Below the pieces are notes generated by a model that had not been told where the DNA came from, ran no database searches, and worked only from the letters and a program-made list of their open reading frames with translations. Source: Sedimentisphaerales bacterium (GTDB taxonomy: Bacteria; Planctomycetota; Phycisphaerae; Sedimentisphaerales; SM23-30). From it: a stretch of DNA of 64,000 bases. The translations under genes were made by a program, and so were the position numbers. This document shows, in pieces, positions 12,001-20,950 of this stretch (positions are counted from its first letter, which is position 1; every line of letters begins with the position of its first letter). The DNA is taken from contig CAXXFK010000040.1 of NCBI GenBank assembly GCA_963663965.2, positions 32,001 through 96,000 on the forward strand. Direction: 5' to 3'.

Positions 12001-12904
12001 TGCTATTGGTGCCGGCATGCAGATATTGACCAATCTCCCATTCATCTTTTACAAAACCATGATTGCCCGCATGGTTTTCCGCCGGATCATAACTAGTTTC
12101 AATCATTTGGCCATTGACGATAATATCAACAGGAGAATAACCGCCGCTAGGACATTCTGAATAAGATGAGCTGAGATGATCGATGACTAGCTTGGCTGTT
12201 CCCGGTACATTATCCAGCTCAAAATCAGCCTGTAAATATGAGCCATATGCCGTCATTTTCCAGTTGCCAGGATAAGCGGTATTATACTTAATTTTATTAG
12301 CATCATAACTTAATTGAGCCCTGGGACTCAGGATGACAGAGTCGGTCAAATCAATTCCCATACCCGGATTGCAATTATCATAGTCCTCATCAAAATACCA
12401 ATTATCAGGCAGACTTACCGAGAGTCGAGTGGTATGAGGATGAGCCAATCCGAAATACTTAAGATAATAGGGCCGGACATTACCGGTTGTGCTGCTCAAG
12501 GACATTTGTACGAAGGTTACACGTCCATTCGATTCTGAATATTCCAGCAAACCTTCAGCGGGTTCTAGAATTGTATAATCCCGAAAATCATTAAAATCCC
12601 ATTGGTTGTATGAACCATAATAATTATCCTCTGCTACTCCCCAGAAATGGACAGTACCAGTGATATTTTCAATAATATATTGCCAGATATCTCCCCGCTG
12701 TGTATTAAACCGCACATCCAGATTTAATTCGATCTCGCAATGGTAAGTAATTCGTTGCCAGTCATAAATCGGATCCCATATTATTTGTTTCTCGCCCGAA
12801 CCAGAACTCGTTAATCTCGCCATGATCGTTGAGTTATCCTCGGCGAGAATATGTCCCGATGCGGCAAAAAGAAAGACGATTATGGCCCCTATATGTCTTT
12901 TCAT
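9005..12904 (-). CDS. Large secreted multidomain protein: transglutaminase-like core, Calx-beta, three repeated beta-sandwich units, dockerin-like tail
   Basis: Signal peptide; GNCESFARAFEKLATTLGI...YHALC...WYDPTF; EGDSGITKAIFNVTLS...GFDY...ESFLVNI; repeats ending FxGxxIxxxGxxGxY; terminal GDIDCDCRVEFADL...WL. Low GC. Confidence 0.75.
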   Translation of the reverse strand: MKRHIGAIIVFLFAASGHILAEDNSTIMARLTSSGSGEKQIIWDPIYDWQRITYHCEIELNLDVRFNTQRGDIWQYIIENITGTVHFWGVAEDNYYGSYNQWDFNDFRDYTILEPAEGLLEYSESNGRVTFVQMSLSSTTGNVRPYYLKYFGLAHPHTTRLSVSLPDNWYFDEDYDNCNPGMGIDLTDSVILSPRAQLSYDANKIKYNTAYPGNWKMTAYGSYLQADFELDNVPGTAKLVIDHLSSSYSECPSGGYSPVDIIVNGQMIETSYDPAENHAGNHGFVKDEWEIGQYLHAGTNSIRVQICDSACSLYWIRYLYIDSLGGDCAKCTLDTIRVTEISVSENVPIQGIPNVIWSEVHPDVFYPVADGEYNVDITAIHKENKISGNGSTANKYYTMPGTIYTIDIKPNNIEYETCKVDWEIIDNGTVIAEAKNIPVKNNRFVLDSNDRNLKIGQYILRLKFRFWDSKGLKIKSPEPPAEFPLFVIHSDKILKESNIPPEEKYLKKAVELAQGERAADAPAILNKFMASFRRQNWIYSQFKVMNWGDLLFYTSNYIDPNKLPYGNCESFARAFEKLATTLGIKVEYTTVPLKNIIKPGDESGSFITQVFDMVPIGGHEGGNAFSRKHTDGIRDRWYFKYHALCYFSDGLRVIWYDPTFTQFYEYWVGDYYVRLLNDLMWDSVDRLYVDTYGIIYHTTVNNNDIYCGPINDTYLNGITQFEPMSVFIGNPINNSAIVEINEGDSGITKAIFNVTLSRPAQYPINVRCYTVSIPGEAEPGFDYIEKSIVLLFNKGQKSQPVEIEIKGDIESEKQESFLVNIESDEAFVPQNIYKPVHYSPLGHAKCIILDNDIHYLDNSITANTNKEAMPSFTDIPTAYGNDGDNDGVFESLAINVNIDGLSGDFYIMGHLKYNSEFITDRKSMGDVSYLSDKIFLSGTNPSTTTVIFSGEDIFRSGYDGTYNVYLELVDVNNIRLDYVQFNTSIINHNDFGEMPLRLIAITEYGIDDNCDGLYDWLAVDIGLNVYEQDEYFAVVSLSIDPNASPFLTENGKLSSLNSNSIKVLFDGRYIRENGINGSYTASITLYDSEDNYVTSTDYTMNAYMAEMFERPPTRLTGNYMDYVAYTGNHCPMSKLMIDVEIDTQDSGSYEICAGLYGSNGNVIQAIPFDTQLVQGISVISFEYDGSLIADNGIDGPYYLGYVAIRQTNEKSSGYLSIYENVHQTQAYTACGFNSGYSFVSGDIDCDCRVEFADLITLMSQWLQTPGIPSGDIIPYPAGDSIVNIMDFVPVAEYWLVGVE

Positions 12905-12931
12905 TAACCATTCCTATAATATTCAATTGAT

Positions 12932-12972
12932 AAAAATGCCTACCGGATAATCTTCTGAACCCGGCAGGCATT
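12932..12972 (-). terminator. Probable intrinsic terminator
   Basis: Hairpin AATGCCT-ACCGG...CCGG-CAGGCATT with a minus-strand T tract, just after the 12976 stop. Confidence 0.55.
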
Positions 12973-12975
12973 ACA

Positions 12976-13548
12976 TTAAATAATTACTTGCCATCTATAG
13001 ACATAAATACCGAATGCTCCAATAATAAATGATGTGAGGGAACCCGGCTCCGGGACAAATTCAACAACACCACAAATAGGGAAATTCGCTCCATCCCAAG
13101 CAATATCCCCATAATTATTCCATCCGCCATTTCGTCCCCAATATGGAGCGCTCATCATTGCCCAGTTTTCCTGACCAAGTAAGTTGGGTTCACCCCACTC
13201 CCAATTGGTATAAGTTATTGGTTCTCCGCTAATCCATATCCAATTACCTGACCGATCTAGGTCGGTAAAACCAAGCCAAATTCCTCGATTTAATCCTCCA
13301 TAATAACCAAAAGTATCGTAAATCCATTGATTCTCAGATGAATTTCTTATTGTTACCAGTTGTCCACCCAAACTCATTGCTTCAGCATTGGATGCTGTCC
13401 AGGTATTACTACTTAGGAGAAAATAAGAATGATTATTCATAGGATTAAGAATTGGTTCGCCAATAATCGAGGCATCGGAATTTCCAATAAATAATAAAAC
13501 CATGATAATTGATATTATCAATATTTCGATTGATATATAGTATTTCAT
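12976..13548 (-). CDS. C-type lectin domain PEP-CTERM protein
   Basis: HSYFLL...TWTASNAEAMSLGGQLVTIRNSSENQWI...IWLGFTD...YTNWEWGEPN; C-terminal VPEP plus hydrophobic tail. Confidence 0.85.
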   Translation of the reverse strand: MKYYISIEILIISIIMVLLFIGNSDASIIGEPILNPMNNHSYFLLSSNTWTASNAEAMSLGGQLVTIRNSSENQWIYDTFGYYGGLNRGIWLGFTDLDRSGNWIWISGEPITYTNWEWGEPNLLGQENWAMMSAPYWGRNGGWNNYGDIAWDGANFPICGVVEFVPEPGSLTSFIIGAFGIYVYRWQVII

Positions 13549-14186
13549 AAATCTCTCCTTCGGCATCTCGTTTGATCAATTACATCTTTTCTATAGCTTT
13601 TTCTTAACAATCCGAACATTCCTAAACAAAGTATTGATAAGCTGTTTGGTTCTGGAATACCAATTATGGATATATTATCAATGAACACTTCACTCAAGTC
13701 TGTTATGTCACCTGTTTGAAAAGTAATTACTGATGCATATTTATTAACTTGGATCAACTTATTCCGATAAGTATTATCTGCAATTCTATCATTGTATGGA
13801 AATCGACTATAAACATCATAATATGCTGTATTGCCACCATCAAGAAATATTGAGCCGCTAGAACCCCAGTTATCATATAATTCCATTTCTTTATACGATA
13901 TGCTCTCAATGTAAACTTGTTGAGGGAAAGTAATTGTTAAACTTGTTACATAATTGCCTTAGCTATTATATCGATTTGTTGATCTGCCAAAGCCAAATGA
14001 TTTATTTCCTTCTATGAGAGGTAAATCCTTAATTCCGGGCCAGCTATTAAAGCTACCTACTGTACTGACAGAAATCCTTGGATCCAGTACCCCGTCTTCA
14101 AAATTTTCATAAAGAAGAATTTGAGTAGAATAAGCGTAAGCATTTACTATTAATAATATAGCGTAGATTAGCATAGCATTTTTCAT
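13545..14186 (-). pseudogene. PEP-CTERM protein, disrupted (stop at 13959 plus a frameshift)
   Basis: A 75-aa signal-peptide ORF and a 113-aa ORF ending IPEPNSLSILCLGMFGLLRKSYRK are collinear. Confidence 0.7.
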
Positions 14187-14352
14187 TTTTAAACTCCTTA
14201 AAAATTGGTATTAGCATGAAATTGATACGATGAATTATTTGCAATAATGGTAATGTGTAATTATGAAGATAAATGTAATCTTCTAATACAATGAAAAATA
14301 ATAAATATTGAGATAGGTAGTTATTATTCCATCGTTATCTGTTCCTCCTCTA

Positions 14353-14456
14353 CCCTCCCCACTCAAAACCAGATTGTCAAAGACGCTGGTCAGCCGCTGG
14401 GAGGGATTTTGGGAGTATTTCGACCTGTCCCATCAACAAAAAACTCCTGCAAAAGT
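14353..14456. repeat. Junction J3: arm repeat without the tRNA fragment
   Basis: CCCCACTCAAAACCAGATTGTCAAAGACGCTGGTCAGCCGCTGGGA...AACAAAAAACTCCTGCAAAAGT aligns with the 15704, 17153 and 49411 copies. Confidence 0.9.
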
Positions 14457-15270
14457 TTTTTCTTCTCCCTGCTAAAAATGCACCGAGGGTGAGAAGGGAG
14501 ACAGTAGCGGGTTCGGGGATTGAGGCAATCCCAGATAACGTACCTACATAGCCAGATCCAACAATAGTCTGCACTCCAGATAAGGGATCAAGACGCATAA
14601 GTACATAACTGTAATTTGAGTGATATATATATCCATCTGGAGCCAAGTCGATATCGTCTACATTGAATCCGCCGATAGTAATCTCATTCACAGTAGAGAA
14701 ATCTTTCAGGTCAATGCTGAGAAGTTTTTGGATGAGGGGGGAAGGATATGAATTAGAAAGAACGGCATAAAGAATCCCATCTTGTGAAATATCTATTCCT
14801 TTTACAGCCCAACCGGCCTCGAAATCATATGAAGAAGTAAAAGTTTCTGTATTTAGATCTATGACTCCAAGTGTTAGACCTTGAGATATATTCCGCTCGA
14901 TAACTCCAAATAATGTTCCATCGGACGCAAAAGCCAATGCTCCGAGATCAAGAGGAGTTCCGAATTGAGTAATAGTAGAAATCGGTACGGCAATTCCGGT
15001 TGCTGGATTAATGCGGGTAATAACACCGGGATTATTATACACATCTGTACCGAATAAAAATCCGGACAGTGGATCTGCATCCATATCTATGCAATGTGGT
15101 GCTAATCCGATTGCACCGACAACGTTTTGTTGACCATTTTCGGCATTAATGGTAACCAGGGTATTCGGATTTCCAGAAGAAGTGGTTCCGTACAAAACAA
15201 ATTCAGCATTCGCATCCTCAATAATATTGAAACAAAAAACCGCCAGGCTAAATAATATTATTCTTTTCAT
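14377..15270 (-). CDS. PEP-CTERM protein with beta-propeller-like repeats
   Basis: Signal peptide, repeated LAFASDGTLFG / IDISQDGILYA / IDLAPDGYIY units, then IPEPATVSLLTLGAFLAGRRK. Confidence 0.85.
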   Translation of the reverse strand: MKRIILFSLAVFCFNIIEDANAEFVLYGTTSSGNPNTLVTINAENGQQNVVGAIGLAPHCIDMDADPLSGFLFGTDVYNNPGVITRINPATGIAVPISTITQFGTPLDLGALAFASDGTLFGVIERNISQGLTLGVIDLNTETFTSSYDFEAGWAVKGIDISQDGILYAVLSNSYPSPLIQKLLSIDLKDFSTVNEITIGGFNVDDIDLAPDGYIYHSNYSYVLMRLDPLSGVQTIVGSGYVGTLSGIASIPEPATVSLLTLGAFLAGRRKNFCRSFLLMGQVEILPKSLPAADQRL

Positions 15271-15328
15271 CTTTCAAGTCTCCAATACTCAAACAGGTTA
15301 ACACTTCATAGACTCAATTTCTCGACAT

Positions 15329-15385
15329 TCACAATTTTTTCTTTCTCACCGCCAAAATGGCTCCGAGGGCTAGAAGGGAGATCGA
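15329..15385 (-). pseudogene. Orphan PEP-CTERM tail remnant
   Basis: Reads SISLLALGAILAVRKKKL* and resembles, at DNA level, the tail of the 14377-15270 gene. Confidence 0.55.
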
Positions 15386-15700
15386 GTCATAGATATATTT
15401 ATTAAGACATTTACACGCTACTCTCCCATTTATCTATAATCACTTTTCACTTTTGCACTGATACTGTAACTACCAACGAATCTGATATTTATAATATGCT
15501 AACACAGAGAACACTTTCCAGCACTACAACAAATAATTTAATGTTAACTATTATTTTTTTCTTACCCAATACTATTTGGCAGGGCCAACTGACTATAAAC
15601 TTATATCATTTTCTACGCTGAATGGAAAAATACCCTATTTTCTGGCACTTAATTTAGACAACAATTATCAGTCACTCATTCCCCACTCAACTCTCTACTC

Positions 15701-15880
15701 CCGCCCCACTCAGAACCAGAATGTCAAAGACGCTGGTCAGCCGCTGGGAATGATTTTGGATGTATATCGACCTGACCCATAATCAAAAAAACTTCTGCAA
15801 AAGACTATTTTACAAGAGTTTAAAAAACTAGCGGCGGCCGGAATTGATCCGGCGACCTGCGGATGATATGAACACCTGGC
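15701..15880. repeat. Junction J4: arm + tRNA-Met 3' fragment (15829-15872)
   Basis: About 125 bp of arm, then TAGCGGCGGCCGGAATTGATCCGGCGACCTGCGGATGATATGAA, then CCTGG as in J1 and J5. Confidence 0.92.
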
Positions 15881-15961
15881 ACGCTAAAATCGCTAAGGAT
15901 ATATGATTGATAAGGCCCTTACAATAACCATCCATTAAAAATACCCAACTTTTACCATAAA

Positions 15962-16044
15962 TCTATAAATTTATAGAACTTTTTCTATTTTTGTCTATAT
16001 TAATATTGACTATATATCCGATATGGACTATAAATATATAGACA
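15962..16044 (+). promoter_or_regulatory. Sigma70-type promoter with overlapping palindromic operators
   Basis: TTGACT(16006)-N17-TATAAA(16029); perfect palindrome TCTATAAATTTATAGA at 15962-15977 and two related imperfect palindromes over the -35 and -10 boxes. Confidence 0.6.
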
Positions 16045-16067
16045 TACACTTAAAATCAGGTAATTCC

Positions 16068-16532
16068 ATGAAAGCCAGACATAAGTTGTTAGCTAGAGAG
16101 CAATTGGATAAAACACTGACACAATTCCGCCCACTCAAAGAAATAGTCCCCCCACGGAAAGGATGGGTTCGTGCGATCAGGGATGCCCTTGGCATGACCG
16201 GCGAACAACTGGCCAAACGGTTAGGTGTTAACAAACAGCGGGTCAGCCGTATTGAGCAGGATGAGAAACTGGGGAACATCACCATCAAGACACTGATAAA
16301 TGTAGCCAGGGCTTTAGATTGTCATTTTGTTTATGGGTTCGTTCCCAATCTGACTCTTGAAAAAACGGTTGAAAACCAGGCCGGAACGATTGCCCGGAAA
16401 CGGCTGTCCCGAAGTGACCAGATGATGAGACTGGAGCAGCAGGAACTATCGGAATCCGAGAAAGAAAAAGTACTGGAAAAAATGATAACTGAAATGATTT
16501 ACGAAATGCCAAAGTCCCTGTGGAGTGAATAA
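16068..16532 (+). CDS. Mobile mystery protein A (Xre-type HTH, TIGR02612-like)
   Basis: LAREQLDKTL...PPRKGWVRAIRDALGMTGEQLAKRLGV...MMRLEQQ; start placed downstream of the promoter. Confidence 0.88.
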   Translation: MKARHKLLAREQLDKTLTQFRPLKEIVPPRKGWVRAIRDALGMTGEQLAKRLGVNKQRVSRIEQDEKLGNITIKTLINVARALDCHFVYGFVPNLTLEKTVENQAGTIARKRLSRSDQMMRLEQQELSESEKEKVLEKMITEMIYEMPKSLWSE

Positions 16533-17124
16533 TGATGGCATGCAATGATCCTGAAGGAGCAACACCTCTTGACCCGGATGAGATGGAAGGTTTGATTCCC
16601 ACTCATATCACTCGCAGGGATGAACTGGACCGCTGGGAGCAGGAGAATATCAATGAAGCGCTGGCATGGATTGAAGAACGCAAACCGAAAGAGATTTTAA
16701 ATGAGCGTTTCGTGAAACAGCTTCATAAGCGGATGTTTTGCCATGTGTGGCAGTGGGCGGGAACTTTTAGAAAAAGTGATAAAAATATTGGTGTGTCATG
16801 GCATTACATTTCTGTTGAACTGAAAAAATTGTGTGATGATGCAGAATACTGGATCGAGAACCAGACGTTTTCTGAAGTAGAAATAGCCGCTCGTTTTCAT
16901 CATAACATAAACTGGTATCCATTCACCTGTTTCCCAATGGCAATGGCAGGCACGCCCGATTAATGGCTGATATTCTCTTGGAACATGTTTTCGGAAAGCC
17001 GTCATTTACCTGGGGGAGTGCCGATTTGATTAAGACCGGAGAGGATAGGAAGCAGTATATCAATGCGCTCAAAGCGGCTGATAAGGATGATTATGAGCTT
17101 CTGTTAAAGTTTGTCAGATCATAA
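16532..17124 (+). pseudogene. Mobile mystery protein B (Fic domain, TIGR02613-like), frameshifted by a 5-bp duplication
   Basis: PEGATPLDPDEMEGLIPTHIT...; removing one CATAA of CATAACATAA (16901-16910) restores HHKLVSIHLFPNGNGRHARLMAD through to TAA at 17124. Confidence 0.88.
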
Positions 17125-17149
17125 ATTCTACTGAAGTCTTGATTTATCC

Positions 17150-17500
17150 CCCTCCCCACTAAAAACCAGAATGTCAAAGACGCTGGTCAACCGCAGGACG
17201 ACATTTCAGAGCAATTTCAACCAGCCTCATCAACAAAAAACTCCTGCAAAAGTCCATTTCACAAGAGTTTAAAAAACTAGCGGCGGCCGGAATTGAACCG
17301 GCGATCTGCGGGCTATGAATGCCTGGCTGGCAAAAACCAAATTCCAGAACTCCTTATATAACAGTAATATAGTTGCACAGTTTTTGTCGAATTTTATCAA
17401 TTCTACAGAAATCAGACACGCTCCCCACTGACACTGAACGCCCTCCCCAATCAGAACCAGAATATCAAAAACGCTGGTGAGCCACTGGAAAATGGTTGGT
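17150..17500. repeat. Junction J5: most complete copy (arm + 43-bp tRNA-Met 3' fragment at 17278-17320 + second arm)
   Basis: 42/43 identity to 49536-49578; the CCCCA(A/C)T-A-AACCAGAAT-TCAAA-ACGCTGG motif occurs on both sides (17153, 17445). Confidence 0.95.
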
Positions 17501-17509
17501 ATCCAATGG

Positions 17510-17784
17510 TTTGAAGGTCACCGGCAACAAACGGCTGACCAAAGCCCTGCTGGATCGATTGACGCATCGGGTGCATATTCTCGAAGCTAATGCTGAAAGT
17601 AACCGGCCTCAGGAAACCAAACGGCTGCAGAAGCAGACCAGGGCCCAAGCCGGCGACAAGCAAGGCCCGCTAACTCGCGTCTTCCCTCGGGGAGGCATCT
17701 CTGGGAACTTGAATACAAAATGACACCTGTACGTACGGGATAAATCTACCATTCAGGTGCCGCACTTTTACGCCGGCGTTCGCA
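17510..17784 (+). mobile_element. IS21-family remnant (IstB C-terminus plus right end)
   Basis: LTKALLDRLTHRVHILEAN; probable terminal repeat GTGCCGCACTTTTACGCCGGCGTTCGCA ending in CA. Confidence 0.7.
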
Positions 17785-17982
17785 TCAAGAGATTGGTCGT
17801 CGATGGATACCTCGGCATTACCACAATTCATCAAACATAAGTAAAGAAATAATATTGAATTAATTTCATATAAGTTTGATCCAATCTGTTCAAGTAGAAA
17901 TTGAAATAAAAATAGAAATAAATTGCTTTGTTGTTATAATAGGGCGACATTCTGGTAATGAATTAATTTTATTGGCCTGAAA

Positions 17983-18922
17983 ATGAAAAAGCTTTTATTA
18001 GTCTTGTTAAGCTGGATTGACGTTGATGCCAGACCACTGGAAACACGAATTGACAAGCTTGATGTCATTGACTGGCTGCCGGCACTTCCATTCTTTGCAA
18101 TTTTTATTGTCTGTTTTGGCGCTATTTGGACAGGTTGGAGTTGGATTTCAGTTGGAACAGGTCTTGTGTTGTATTTCTTGAGAATGTTCGGTTTGACCGC
18201 TGGTTACCATCGTTATTTTTCCCATCGCAGCTTTGAGACATCAAGATCTTTTCAGTTCATCCTTGCTGTTTTGGGAAATGCCTCTGCGCAACGAGGACCG
18301 CTTTGGTGGGCCGCCCATCATCGACACCATCATCGTTTCGCTGATCAGGCAGAAGATGAACATTCTCCAGGCCAGCAAGGTTTTTGGGTCAGCCACATTT
18401 TGTGGTTTCTGAAGCGGCGAAACTATCCCACTCGCAAAGATTTTGTTAAAGGCTGGTTAAAATATCCAGAACTAGTTTTTCTAAATCGGTATGCTTCAAT
18501 TGTGCCCATGGTAATGATCATCATTCTATATGGTATCGGCGAATATCTTCGTCATGATTTCCCCCCAATTCAATACAACTGGTTTTCAGATGGTCATGTG
18601 GGGATTTTGCATTCCAACAGTTGTTCTATTTAATATCACCGCGACGATCAATTCGCTGGATCATATGTTTGGATCTCAACGGTATAACACAGGTGATCAA
18701 AGCAGGAATAACTGGATATTAGCTATTCTTTCGATGGGAGAAGGTTGGCATAATAATCACCACTATTATCCGATCTCTGCCAGAAACGGATTCTTCTGGT
18801 GGGAAATTGACATGACCTATTATATTCTAAAACTTCTGGAGCAATTCAACGTGGTGTGGAATCTACAGTTAATACCGGAAAAAAAACTCAAAGAGAGATT
18901 GATTTCAACGCAATCCGGCTAA
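17983..18922 (+). CDS. Delta-9-type membrane fatty acid desaturase (frameshift near the C-run at ~18561)
   Basis: His boxes GYHRYFSH, WAAHHRHHH and GEGWHNNHH. Confidence 0.9.
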
Positions 18923-18932
18923 AAATGGAGTA

Positions 18933-20183
18933 ATGATTGTGAAAATTGGTATCATAGGATCGGGGATTTCGGGACTGACCGCGGCTTATGTGCTTAATCC
19001 CGACCATGAAATCGCCGTTTTTGAAAAAGATGACAGAATTGGCGGACATACCAATACGGTTCATGTAAAACTTTCAGATTCAATATACGCCATCGATACC
19101 GGTTTTATTGTATTCAACGAAAAAACATATCCGAATTTTATTAAGCTGATCAAAAAGCTTGATGTCTCCTGGCAAAAAAGTGATATGAGTTTTAGCGTCA
19201 GCGCTCCTGACGTGGGCATTGAATACTCGTCAAAGTCGCTAGGAACATTATTTGCCCGCAGACGCAACATTTGGAATGCTTCCTTTTGGTGGATGCTCAT
19301 TGAAATCCTTCGGTTTCGAAAAATTTCTCAAGCATCGTTGCATAAGTATTATTCAACCTCATTAGATACCTACTTGCAGCAACAAGGATACAGCCGATAT
19401 TTCAGAGACTATTTTTTGTATCCAATGGGTGCCTCTATCTGGTCAGCAGAACCGGAGCGCTTTGGACAAATTCCACTGGGTTTCTTTTTTCGTTTCTTTG
19501 CGAATCACGGCCTATTAACGCTGACCAATCAGCCACAATGGCTTACAATTCAGGGCGGTTCGCAGTCGTATGTCAAGGCGCTTACAGCAGGATTCAAGGA
19601 CCGGATTTATGTTAATACTTCGATTGAATCCATCCGGCGAGATACCAATGCCGTGATTATCAAAACCCGGCAAGGCAAGGAATATTCATTTGACCATATT
19701 ATTGTTGCCACACACAGTGACCAGGCCCTGAGGATGCTAAAAAGTCCTTCTCCAGCTGAACAGTTGATTCTTTCGGCAATCCCTTATCGAAGGAATCGGG
19801 TGGTGCTCCATTCAGATATTAGCCTGCTGCCTGAAAAGAGAAAGGTCTGGGCCAGCTGGAATTACCAGGCGCCACAAAAAACAAGCCGGCAACTGGCATT
19901 GACCTACTGGATGAATTCGCTACAGGCAATTGATTCAAATGTACAATTTTGCGTGACCCTAAATCGACAGGATCGCATCGATCCGGATACTATTTTTTAC
20001 ACGACCGATTACGAACACCCGGTTTATCACATTGATTCTGTTGACGCTCAACAGCGGCATCATGAGATCAGCGGTACGGACCGGATTCATTATTGCGGTG
20101 CCTACTGGGGCAATGGCTTTCATGAGGATGGAGTTAACAGTGCCTTGGTTGTATGTCGCCATTTTGGAAAAGGGCTGGACTGA
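18933..20183 (+). CDS. FAD-dependent oxidoreductase (COG2907, UfaD/Rv0449c-like)
   Basis: GIIGSGISGL, RIGGHTNT, IDTGFIVFNEKTYPNF, CGAYWGNGFHEDG. Confidence 0.9.
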   Translation: MIVKIGIIGSGISGLTAAYVLNPDHEIAVFEKDDRIGGHTNTVHVKLSDSIYAIDTGFIVFNEKTYPNFIKLIKKLDVSWQKSDMSFSVSAPDVGIEYSSKSLGTLFARRRNIWNASFWWMLIEILRFRKISQASLHKYYSTSLDTYLQQQGYSRYFRDYFLYPMGASIWSAEPERFGQIPLGFFFRFFANHGLLTLTNQPQWLTIQGGSQSYVKALTAGFKDRIYVNTSIESIRRDTNAVIIKTRQGKEYSFDHIIVATHSDQALRMLKSPSPAEQLILSAIPYRRNRVVLHSDISLLPEKRKVWASWNYQAPQKTSRQLALTYWMNSLQAIDSNVQFCVTLNRQDRIDPDTIFYTTDYEHPVYHIDSVDAQQRHHEISGTDRIHYCGAYWGNGFHEDGVNSALVVCRHFGKGLD

Positions 20184-20950
20184 TGCAGAGCGCTATTTAC
20201 GAAGGAACCATTAAACATCGACGACATGTTCCTGTTAAAAACAGCTTTTGCTATCGGCTATTTATGCTATATATTGATCTGAACGAGCTCGACGAAGTTT
20301 TTACTTCGAATAATCTTTGGTCTGTTGAAAAGAGAAATGTTGCTGTTTTCAAAAGGTCTGACCACCTTGGCGAACAGAATGTGCCATTGGCTGATTCAGT
20401 GCGTCAATTGGTTCAAGAAAAATCCGGCTTGACACTCAATGGACCAGTTCGAATACTGACCCACCTGCGTTATTTTGGATATTGCTTTAATCCTGTATCT
20501 TTCTACTATTGCTATGATTTTAAGGGGGAACATATCGAGGCTATTGTTCTGGAAGTACACAACATTCCCTGGCTTCAGGAGCATTGTTACGTCTTGACCG
20601 GGAATCTAAATAAAGACTCAGATGAATGGAAGCATTATAAATTTAACAAAGAGTTTCATGTCTCACCGTTTATGGACATGGATTTTATGTATGCGGCGCG
20701 CTTTCTAACGCCGGGGCCTCATCTACGAGCACATTTGCAAAATATCAAGAGCGGGAAAAAGTATTTTGATGCGACATTGAATTTATCCCGCATAGAGATA
20801 TCCAGCCCAAGATTAACAAGACTATTGCTGCGCTATCCGATGATGACAGCTCAGGTGGCGCTCAAAATCCACTGGCAGGCGCTGAAATTAAAAATAAAAG
20901 GGAGCTCAGTATTATCCCATTCAGAGCATAAAAACGAAAGATTGAGTTGA
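20183..20950 (+). CDS. DUF1365 family protein (UfaO/Rv0448c-like)
   Basis: SAIYEGTIKHRR, LRYFGYCFNPVSFYYC, KEFHVSPFMDM, IHWQALKL. Confidence 0.9.
   Translation: MQSAIYEGTIKHRRHVPVKNSFCYRLFMLYIDLNELDEVFTSNNLWSVEKRNVAVFKRSDHLGEQNVPLADSVRQLVQEKSGLTLNGPVRILTHLRYFGYCFNPVSFYYCYDFKGEHIEAIVLEVHNIPWLQEHCYVLTGNLNKDSDEWKHYKFNKEFHVSPFMDMDFMYAARFLTPGPHLRAHLQNIKSGKKYFDATLNLSRIEISSPRLTRLLLRYPMMTAQVALKIHWQALKLKIKGSSVLSHSEHKNERLS

Noticed and set aside
15576..15782. Small ORFs sharing TQNQNxKDAxQxLG (also 49285-49488)
   Set aside because: The similarity is explained by the DNA arm repeat; starts and lengths are not conserved between copies.
869..17320. Additional functional tRNA genes
   Set aside because: Only the 3' half is present in each copy; the D-arm and 5' acceptor strand are missing.
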